Source: Euglena gracilis (Eukaryota). Taken from it: a stretch of 64,000 nucleotides of DNA. Below, piece by piece: positions 51,801 through 61,928 of the stretch; the stretch's first letter is position 1, and each line of letters opens with the position of its first letter. A model generated the notes under the pieces. The model made no database searches, was not told where the DNA came from, and saw nothing but the letters and a program-made list of their open reading frames with translations. The position numbers and the translations under genes are program-made. The DNA is taken from the NCBI GenBank assembly GCA_039621445.1, contig CP154954.1, forward strand, positions 14,302,387 through 14,366,386. The letters run 5' to 3'.

Positions 51801-52337
51801 AAAAAAACACTTTTTTTTTGAGTTCTGGAGTTGGACAGATAGAAATCGTTTTTTTCTTCTTGGATTTGGCTCCTTTTTGGCGGGATTTTGTGCTTTGTTT
51901 TTTTTTGTTTGGTCGGAGAAAATTCTGCCAATCCGAAGTATTTAAGCCTTTTTGAAGCATTATAAATTTCTCAAAAAAGGACTTAAAAAATAATGCCTGG
52001 CCAGGAGGGAGGGGGCTGGTGTGGACAGGGCTAGCCAGACGGGATCAATTAAACCGGAAAGTCTCGTGAAAAAACACCCAATGTAATCAACTCCTTTGTG
52101 AGCAACCCCCAAATTTCGCATTTGCACACCAACCAACCAAGAGGCTCAGCGTGTTTGGAGCTGGAAAATGAAGGTGATGAAATTGTGGTATATTTCACTT
52201 GTATTCTTATGGTTCTGAACCCTGCCCACATAAACACTGCTGGTGTTTTTGGGTGATTGGTGTGCGCAAATGCTGCAAATCAACCATATGCAAACACGGT
52301 GCATTTTTGGACAATCATTTGCACTTTTCTCTGCCGA

Positions 52338-52342
<5 letters not shown>

Positions 52343-52422
<80 letters not shown>
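52343..52422. repeat. (TA)n microsatellite
   Basis: Perfect AT dinucleotide tract of about 80 bp. Confidence 0.98.
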
Positions 52423-52427
<5 letters not shown>

Positions 52428-54949
52428 CATAAAACACCACAGAGTCATTTTTTTGCAAGAAATCTTTTTTTTTCAAAAAAAAACGATAAACACCATACAC
52501 CATAGTCACGCCAAAAGAAAGCGTCACAAAAAAAGACATGGTTGGTTTCCCCAATTGCATATTTTTATTTCATGATGTGATTACTGCTGCTTTCATCGTC
52601 TATGTACGCATTCGCGCACACTACCGTCAGTTTTACTGTGGTGTGGGTGTCACAGAGTTTAAACATCACTGGGATAGTTATAGACACTGAATTCTACCGA
52701 TAATTGGTGGCAGTCCTCCTATGTCTTTTATACCCTCATCAACCATCAGTGGCAGATTTAACAGCCAGTTTCTACCTGTTTTATTTGTTGCTTGTGAATT
52801 TCCTCTCTGTTTGTAACCAACTTCAAAAAAAACCTTCACAACGCATTGCAGGGCTTCAGAAGCAACCAAAGGGTGGATATGTCACCCCACCCCCAAAAAA
52901 CCACCTCCCGCAAGCAGTTGTCAAGGAAAGAGAAGGACCGGGGTTGTGTGTATGTGTGTGTCTGTGTGTGTGTGTGTCTCACCCCCCCGTCAAACAAATT
53001 GTTAAATTGAAATGAAAATTAAGAGTATTTGATTAAGATTTGAATTATATTAGAACAGCAGACCCAAAACAACGATGGGCCCAAAAATTACCTGTTATTG
53101 TTTGCACAACCTTTCATGATCACATCTTTTTTGGTGTCTGACACGGTACAATAAGCAACATTTTTTGTTCCACAGGGGCGTTTTGTTCCTGCAACGCGTG
53201 CCGATGACCGCCAGCAAAGCCACCGCGCCGCGGCCGCCCCAGCCTGCCAAGCTCGTAGTCTGCCTGAAGGGCCCGGCTGCCAAGCGGTCCGCGACCAGAG
53301 GGGGCCCGTGTCGGTACCACTCCTGCCTCAACTCCTGCAACGTGTGTCAGCATCGCATTTCTGGGGCGGTATTTTTTTCCAAGCTGTTTTATCTTTTACA
53401 CCAGTGAAGTACGATATATTATGGTGTCGTCAAGTTACGATGCATGGTGTGGCGATAACAGCTCCCCCCCCCGGCGATTCCAGGGGTGGAAAAGTTGAAG
53501 AATTTGGATGAAATATTGTCTTCAAATTAATAAAAAACATTAACCCAAAATGCTGGGGAATTACCCCCAACATTGTGGACCCCTCCCCGAGGTCCTTTGG
53601 CACCATCTTTATCCTCCCATCAACGGGAACACACAGCACCCAGCAGCGGGGATTCACTAGTGCTTGTTTGATGGCGGTGGGGGCATGTTTTTTTGTAGCC
53701 TCTCAATGGTCCACCCCACCACCGTCCAACGTCATCGACATTTAGCCCCCTTGTCCACCGACCACTTATATAAACACCAAGCACCCCGGGTGGGGCATGC
53801 AGGTCAAGGGGTGCGTATAACCCACCCTGGTCAGGGGTTGTTTGGCCACGGTTGGTGGGCAAGGGGGGGGGGCAGGGGGTGGCGGGTGCAATTGTTATGA
53901 TTCACCCCAGTTGATTTAATCAAACCCCAGTTCACCCCAAGTTCATTATTAAACTTTTCTGGAGTCGCAGTCTGCAATGTCTGTTGTTGATTTGTAATTC
54001 CTCCTGGTTTCACAGTGTTCTTGGGGCTACTGAAGAGAACGGAGTCAAATGGTGAATGCACAGGAAGGATGGTGCCCATGCACAGGAAGGACGACCTCCT
54101 CATCGTTGTCTCCAATCTTCCATCCTTCTATTAATGTTTGTGTCAAATTTATGGGCCGACATTTCTAAGTTTATCTCCTTGCAGGTGTTTAACCTCCCTC
54201 TCTCCAAGCATCACGCCACCTCAACCACGCCAGATGCCATAAGGGTTGGGGTTCAGATTTGGAAATGGTAGGGTTTGGTGCAGGGAATGGGTTTTGGAAT
54301 GGGATGGGGTTAGAATTTGAAGGTTGAGGATATGGATAGGGTTTGGGTGGGGACAGGGTCAGGTCGATAAATAAGTTTAGGAAGAACGTCTGCCGTTTAC
54401 TCTGAAAATATATTGTTTTTTTTCCAACAAAAAATGATATTGGGGATTGAAGTGATACCTTCTTTAAAGTGAATTTAGATGGCCTGGAATGCATTTTTCA
54501 CTGTTTTGGGGTTTTTTTTGCGCACATTTGCTTTTTTGACCAACTGCGTTGCCATCACTGCACAGGGCGGCGTGCCCAACAAGCCGAGACGAACAAGTGG
54601 GGACGTACAACACCGACCTCCGGCGTCCGAGAATTTTTTTGACAATTCCCACTTTTCTTCACCCTTTTGCACACCTTTTTGGGGTTTCCACCGGAAGGGA
54701 GAAACCGTCAATCAAAACAGGTGCGACACAAAACACTGGTTTTCGGGGAGCAACCCCCATCCGGTGAAGCCATGGTTCCAAAGCACCGGAAGTAAAAGTT
54801 GACTTTCTGGGGGGTCCGGGTCCCCCCCCCCCCGGGATCGGTCTGGACCTTGCTTGGCAGGTTGGGGGGGATCCGAACCACCTCCGGGGTCCGGGGGGAG
54901 GGGGGCACAGCCCACATCTAATCCATATACCCCGCCCCATATTTACCCC

Positions 54950-56183
54950 TCTTACTGCACCCATGAAGAGCCTGGGCAAGGCTGAGCCTGTCGTGGTGAG
55001 CGGCACAGACGGTCCGGGTCTCGGTGTATGCGAGAGGGGTTGAAGAGTCCCTCTTCGCCATTTTCGCCACCCACCACCGGCGCCGAGGCAGCCTCCCCCT
55101 CCGGGATTTCGGGTGCCTCCCTCATTGCTGGGGTGGGACGACGGCGGCGACGATCGGCCAATGGCCTCATCGACGCCTTCTTCTTCCTCATCCTTATCCG
55201 CTGTGGAGAACTCAGGAGGGGGCAACCCCTTCTGCTGGGCTTCCTGTCTCCTGCTGCTCGAACCCGCTTCACCTGGCAGAGGAGCTTCTCAGGCAGCTTG
55301 GATGTGGGCTTCGTGCTGGCCCCTCGCCCCACCTTAGTTGCGCGGAGCGTTTGGATCCTTGCGTCACTGGATGGCCTCCGTCTGTGCCTGTTTCTCCGTC
55401 GCCTTCACCTCCAGGATATGCTTCAGCACCTCAGAAGTTCACAGCGGCTCGGCATTCCACCAGACCGGCATGCTGCACCGTGTTCCAGATGTGCTCAGTG
55501 TACTCGGACGCCTGTATTTTCTCCTTCCCCGTCAGCACTGTCACTATGTGCAGGAGGCTGGGGTTCGACACGTGGTCCCAGAGCATCACGGGGGAGGGGG
55601 ACTTCAGATGGGTGGAGACGGGACATTGCACAGGTGCGCATTACATCGTATGCATCAACAGACAGATATGGAACTTGCACATTCATCCCTGTTGGAATGA
55701 ATGCGCAAGTGCGCATTCTTATACTACTACCCAGGTGAATGATGCATCCAGACTGATTTCATTTTTTAATATCATGGGTCACGTGTTCGTGGTGTGGTCA
55801 CACACACACAACACATATTTTGAGCTTATCCATCTCGGTGTCGTGCAGGAGTATGTGGAGGGAAAATTTCACCGGCCGGGCCCGCGACGACGGAGCTCTG
55901 GCTGGAGATGGCCACGCCCCTCTTCGCCTGCAGCCCCACCATCCGCTTTTTGGAATTCTGCCTGTTATGGCACCCCTGCCTCGGACGCCGCTGCGTAGCA
56001 GTTCACCCTTTTCATCGTCCTCAGCTCCTCATGGACCTCCCAGGCGTCGTCCACAGGCCAAGTGTACCGGGTCCTCGGTCATGACCTCTTCAAAGAGAAG
56101 AATGCGCAGATGTGCAATCATGTCATGTCACATATTGACTGTTGCAATGCATATCCGTGGCTCTACAAAATATATCGTATCAT

Positions 56184-56214
<31 letters not shown>

Positions 56215-56780
56215 CCAGACACAATGCTTACCGTCTTCTGCGTCCGTTTGTAGCCCGCCTTGCGCAGCGCCAGAACTCAACACCCACCGGTACCGCCCTG
56301 GCGCCTCCTGCCGCTCTCCCTCCTTGTAGTTGTCCTCCGACATCTTCTTCAGGCGGCCGTGAGGTGCTGCCCAACAACTACGACATGCTCCCGGTCTGTG
56401 ACGGAGGGTGCGAGGCAGGCAGGAGGGGAAAGGCCCACCACCGGCCCAGGGGCGTCGGGCAACACCACCACCTTCTTCTTCTCCCTCTTCTTCTCCGCCT
56501 CCAATTCCTCCACTTCCGCGTCTTGGGGGATTTGGGTTGGAACGGGTTGCAAGGAGGTGTAGCTGCCACAGCTGCTCCAAGTAGTGGCTGCGGAACGGGA
56601 CATGGGGTCCACCAGGGGCAGCACCGCCACCACCACCCGTTCAGGTGTTCCGGTAACGCCGCCTGTAGTCGTTGTCGAACCACAAACCGGGGTTCCCGGC
56701 CAGGTCGCGCCGCAACTGGGCCTGCCGCTCCAGGGCCAGCTGGGAACGGTAGGCAGCGGAGTGAGCAGGGTGGCGGGGCG
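54950..56780 (-). pseudogene. Decayed spliced gene with a possible Myb/SANT-like (trihelix) segment
   Basis: GC-rich exon-like blocks are separated by AT/TG-rich spacers, with a clear donor ...AAGACG|GTAAG at ~56230. Frame-shifted peptides TDREHVVVV..HGRLKKMSEDNYKEG..RYRWV..LRKAGYKRTQKT resemble W.....L...GY.RT..QC. Confidence 0.35.
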
Positions 56781-57199
56781 CACCCTAACCCTAAGTTGTA
56801 CCCTAACCCTATTCCATCATTAACGGAAAAAAAATTTGACCCCCCCTCCCAACTATAGGCCCCCCCCTGGGGGGCCCTATGGTTGGGAGCTGCCAATTTT
56901 GACCCCCCTCCAAACTCTAGCCCCCCACCCCCTGGGGGGCCGGGCCCAGTAGTTGGGAGCTACCAAAATTTTTAGCTTTGGTCTCTGGACAGGCTGGATT
57001 TACCCCAGGGGAGGGGAGTCCAAGGCGAGGGAGAAGCATTCAGGATGCAGCAGCCTCGTAATCATGTGAAACTCTCCGTTCTGACACGTACTCACATAAC
57101 GCAAGCAAGGGCTTGAACTGTGTCAAACCTTGGGGGTAGCAGCAACCACCACTGGCACGCTTCCAACTGCTGGTGGTGCCAGAAGGGGGATTTCGTTTG

Positions 57200-57375
57200 G
57201 TTATATGTATTGTGTAGATGCGCATTTTCCAACTGACCAACATCTGCGCATTCACACCTTCCTTTCTACCAGAAGGGCAATCTCTAACAAATACACCCTC
57301 GATTTCTGCCCTCGTCCTCTTACACACACCGGACCAATTAGAACCTTCCAATTGGAAACAGATGCCACATCACCG
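57200..57375 (-). pseudogene. Possible PIF/Harbinger (DDE_Tnp_4-like) transposase fragment
   Basis: CGICFQLEGSN...RDCPSGRKEGVNAQMLVSWKMRIY (frame of ORF 57040..57351) loosely fits G.IGAIDGT....RKG..S.NVQ.V.D..M.I. Confidence 0.3.
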
Positions 57376-58762
57376 GACCGTAGGCCCCACCCCACTCAAA
57401 ACCACCCATCACATCCATACCACCCCAATTATTTTCTCCAAAATCCCTCAATTGCTGCCCCGGCGGGGTGAAGGGGTTGGGCAGCGTCAACTGGAGGTCA
57501 CCTCACATTCTAGGGTAGGGTTTTGGGGATCGGTTGGGCAGGCACCCCTGTCCGGTGCCCGGTCTTGTTTTCTTTACCCTTTTTGCAAAAACCAACCCGA
57601 CCCGGGGTACCCCGGGCTACCCCCCTCGGGTGGTGTGCCTGCTAGGGGCAGGCATCTTATGGCACTCACCCCCACTCCCCCCCTGTCGGTAAAAACAAAA
57701 CCTCACAAGCACTTCAAGGTTCACAAGCACTTTTGTAGTTTATGGCCAATCTCATGCCACCATCCGAGGTATGTGCCTCTCCCGTGCACCCATAGTGCCA
57801 GTCGGTGCCCGCCAGCTGAGAAACAATGAAGAAAACCTTGTGATCCCTGCACCATTGTGTCGTGCAATGAATCACGTCATCAAAAGTTGTTCAGTTTTGG
57901 GGTTAACGGAATGTTGCTTTTGACATATTATTGTTTTTCTGTTGGGTTTTTTAATTCGGCAGCCCATTTTGCTCACTCATTTGTGAGTGTCCAGTGGTTT
58001 TTCCATGGCCAAAGAGTATTTAAAACGTCTATCAATCGATAGGAGGGAGCAGGTTTGGAGGGACACGTTTCATTTGAGATAGCTGCCTGTGCAGCCATCT
58101 CCCAGCCGGAGCATTGCTATGTGCTTCAGAAAGCAACTGTTTTGCTTCATCATATTTGCCCGACAATGGTGGATTTAACCTCATCCCACACTTGGACGGC
58201 ATTTGCAACGTTCCGTTCCATCCGCCCCCACCCCCCCCCTTTCCCCGGCAAGCCATCCTCCCAACAAAATGCTCTCCTCTCTGTCGCTGCCCTGCGGTGC
58301 CGATGTGCGGGTTGAGTGGACGGGCTCCAGAGCGGCTCGGACGGCGTGCAGGCGATTGCCGTGTTTAGCCGAAGGTTGGGGTATCCTTCTGTGACAATCA
58401 TGTCCCGAATCGTAATCTTCCCTGGATGGGTATGCTTTTTATGATTGCATTGGATTGCATACAATTTGTAAATATAGGACAAAATAGTACGCAGGGTCGT
58501 CGACCATTGTTTTTGTATGGGTCTGCAGCACGCCGCTTCCACCAGAGAGTGATTTCCAGAAACAAATTCATATGCTCGCGCCAACAATCAGCGATTTTTT
58601 ATTCATTACTCGTCTTTTTTTCCCCTGGATATTTCATTCTTGAGGGGGTTGTGGTCGTTGGGTTATAGAGCCATCGTTGTTGCTATTTACCATTTGGCCC
58701 AGTCGGCCCTCTCAGTGCCAACCAGGGCCGATTTTGCCGATACTCGTAGGGCTGGTGGGGAA

Positions 58763-59022
58763 CAGGCTTCTTTATAAGTCACCTGACCCCCCCCCCCGGG
58801 TGAGGGGGGATGGGTGGGTGGATCCGGGCCGGACCCCCCTGGGGGGGGGTCCCGCGCCGGAGGCGCCGGGTATTCCTTTTCGGGGCGAAGCGCCAAAATT
58901 TTTTGAAAATTGCCTTTAGCGGGCCCGATTTTGGGGGGGTCCCCCCCCAGGGGGGGGTCCCACACCACCCTGGGTGGGTGGGGGGGGGACCCCCCCCCCC
59001 GGCGGTCTTAAAAAGAAGCCTG
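58763..59022. mobile_element. hAT-type MITE, 260 bp
   Basis: TIR CAGGCTTCTTT(A/T)TAAG and perfect 8-bp TSD GTGGGGAA (58755-58762, 59023-59030). Confidence 0.92.
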
Positions 59023-60332
59023 GTGGGGAAGCTGCCACACCGCGTGCACCTCGTGCAGCACCGCATGCGCCGCATGGCGCACCGTGTGCACCATGTACAT
59101 TTTTTCCAGAAATTCTCTGCATGAAATTACTCACTTGATTTTGCCGTACTGAAGCTGGAAAAACTGTGCTGGCTGGATCCCTTGGACCCGGCTGGCACCC
59201 GAAAGCTGGCAAAAAGGCCCAAATACACCTGCCTTGGGTTTTTTCCCGGCCAGTTTATTGAGGTGGAAATTTAAATAACGACAAAAAAGGGAATTTGACA
59301 ATTTTTTTTGGCCGTTATGGACCTCTTTTAATCTTTTTTTTTTGGTTCTGGCCAGTTTCGCTGCCCTGTGAAGATTTTATTGACACTCACCCTCACCACT
59401 CCCACTCACTTTTTGGGGGAGTGTCAGCCATCCGAATGGCAGTGTTCGCTGGAAAAAACGGTGCTGGCTCGGACTCCCCGGCAGGGGTGGCGGCAGGGGG
59501 GGTCCAGGCTGAAGTCATCAAAAAGTCAAGTAACTGAATTCATCGAATATTCAAAATATTGTGTGTCAAAGAGTAAAAAGTATGGCATATTCTGTGACAA
59601 AAATTCCCAGCCTTGACGATGAAAAATGTATGACATTGTTACAAGTATCATTGTGTGGTTTTGAATCATGATTATTTTGTATTGGCATACCCTCCTGAAC
59701 CTCCGGCCAATTAAGTGCCGGCTGGAACACCAAATTCAGAATGAACCATGGAACTGTTAGGAGCCGTGTAAGGGACCACATATGCACAGTGGCCTGGGGC
59801 TGCTGAAGCTCTTGCAGTCCCATCACCGCCAGTTGGCCATCCAAGTCGGCAGAGCTTTTGCTGATAACTAAGGTTCATTTATTACCATTTGAACCAATTG
59901 CCATAGTTAAGGTGCATTTACTAATATTTGAACTCCAAGCCTCCAAGCCAATACACCTTTGTTGGGTTTTATACCAATTTTAAAAATATTTTATAATTAT
60001 TCTATGTTCCATTTTTTTTTTCATATTCTGGCTTTATGTGCAATAACGTGTTGTTGTTGTTGTTGTTGTTGGTTTTTTCTGTCTTTTTTTGCTGCATTTG
60101 GCCAGGCAAAAATGCATTCCAACAACGTGTGAAGTGTTCCATGAGTCATTCCCAAGTTAAAGCGCGCCCACCTCACTGTTCCATACCGACAAAGGCTCTT
60201 CAAGGACGAAAGGACATCCCCACCGACGTCACCGTTCATGTCCGTTAGCCCCGGCCTCCATTCCCTGGCTGATATGTCCCGCTGCAGGGTTCTCCTACAA
60301 TGTAAAAGAGTGGTTATGAGTTTTTTTGTCGT

Positions 60333-60369
<37 letters not shown>

Positions 60370-61356
60370 GTGTGTGCTTGAGTGTGTCTGTCTGTATATT
60401 GACAAGCATAAATAATTTGGGCGTCCAAAGTCGGGGGACCTAAATTCACTTGATATGAGAGGGTGAGTTCTTGCCAACAATATCAGAACAATAAGAACTC
60501 AGAACAATAATAAAAATTGTACCGTGTGTTTGCCAAAAGCAGGCTGCTATTCCAGTATGACCCTGTGCTCGCCTTGCACACCCCACTCCCTCCAGCCCCG
60601 CCAGCTCGGACAGCAGTGTTGGGACCCACGGTCCATTCGGCAGGAGCCCTCCGCTCACCCCGGCGGTGACCACGCCACCCGTTCTTCCACGGTGGTCGTG
60701 TGGCTCTGTTGATTGCCACCGACTTCGCCTTATCATGAAAACCACACAACTGCCGATACTGGAATTCTTGTCCAGCTGAAGAGGTGGAAGGATTCTGAAT
60801 TTGAGAAATGGAAAGGCAATGTAAAATAACCTTATTTCTTTTGTGCTTCCGAGAGTATACCGTAAAGTGCTTGGTGGAGGTCTTAAATGCATTTTTTTCT
60901 GAGGTAATAAATGTTGCATAACAATTGGTTATTTACAATATTGCTTGTGGCAGTATACGTTTTCAGTAACGAGAAGCCTTGTCTTCTTTTCTTTCACACT
61001 GTCAAGTGTTTTTCCTACAGTTTTTTTTTTGAATATTTTTTTTAGGCTCTCAATCAGGTGTAAGGTTTTGTCACCAGGGTGCAATTGTGTGTGCAAAACA
61101 GATGCTATTGCCGAATTGTATGCCATGCCACAGATAGCCCCGCTTCTTGAGGAGCCTCCCCATTTCACTGCAAAACCCTCCGACGAGGGTTACCCCACTG
61201 CATCACAGACACACAACCAGGTTTGTTTCTGTGACAATCATGTCCCGAATCGTACAGTGTCCCCTGGGAATCTCTCTCTCTCTCTCCTCTCTTCTCAATC
61301 GGTGTTGCTGGGGGTTGCCGACCATGTGTGGGTGCGTGTGTTGTCAGTCTGTTGTT

Positions 61357-61429
61357 GCGGTTTCGCCCCAGGCTGGCAGGTCGGGTATCGTCAGGGGTGA
61401 CGACCCTGCCGACCCTCGTCCCCGACCGC
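61357..61429 (-). ncRNA. Type III hammerhead ribozyme, copy 1 (core intact, stem II with two mismatches)
   Basis: The - strand reads GCGGUC^ GGGGACGA-gggucggcaggg-UCGUCaCCC CUGACGA u ACCCGA-ccugccagcc-UGGGGC GAAACCGC. It has a GUC triplet, the CUGANGA and GAAA core, 5-bp stem III and 8-bp stem I with one bulge. Confidence 0.82.
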
Positions 61430-61709
61430 TCTTGTATGTGTGGTGCAGACCGTTAAAAACGAGCTCTGCGCCACCCTCCCAGGGGGGGGGGGTCGGGGGG
61501 CTGAAAAAAATAGCCCCCGGAAAACAAGGCAGCGCAGGACGGAAAAATGGCTCCGCTACCTACGGGGCACCCCCGGGAACAGCACCATTTGGGGAGGGCT
61601 AGTCAAGGCCCTTTTGGTGCGGAGAAAGACAAAATTGCCGAAAAATACGGACAGTACCCGAAGGCGAGAGCGTGATCGGTGTGGTGGGCGTGTGTTGTCA
61701 GTCCATGTT

Positions 61710-61782
61710 GCGGTTTCGCCCCAAGCGGGCAGGTGGGGCATCGTTACGGGTGAAGACCCTGCCAACCCTCGTCCCCAACCGC
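61710..61782 (-). ncRNA. Type III hammerhead ribozyme, copy 2 (stem II perfect, core mutated)
   Basis: The - strand reads GCGGUU^ GGGGACGA-ggguuggcaggg-UCUUCaCCC GUAACGA u GCCCCA-ccugcccgcu-UGGGGC GAAACCGC. CUGA has changed to GUAA, so it is probably inactive. Confidence 0.72.
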
Positions 61783-61879
61783 TCTTGTCTGGGTGTTGTC
61801 AGCCTGGGTGTGTTGGTTGCTGGATGGCTGGCTGGACTCCGAGGGTGGGGTCCCCTCCGGCTTTTAGGAAACCCTTGCA

Positions 61880-61928
61880 TACCCCAGTACCCCAGTACCC
61901 CAGTACCCCAGTACCCCAGTACCCCAGT
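61880..61928. repeat. (TACCCCAG)n octamer tandem repeat
   Basis: About six perfect units. Confidence 0.95.

Larger units (their letters stand above)
40270..52110 (+). mobile_element. Family A array 2: at least two head-to-tail decayed putative hAT transposase copies with nested MITEs
   Basis: 40270-41370 recurs at 44370-45645. Motif order is EPAVLDGQDTGRFGTMLHYVF (ORF 47105..47614), the D2-like block (~47680-47760), LLSGCLHGLL (ORF 47848..48180), CHWLNDSP (~49295), then distal modules. Confidence 0.6.

Noticed and set aside
55024-55998. 324-aa + strand ORF
   Set aside because: It crosses exon-like and intron-like blocks whose splice signals point to the - strand, and its composition is not protein-like.
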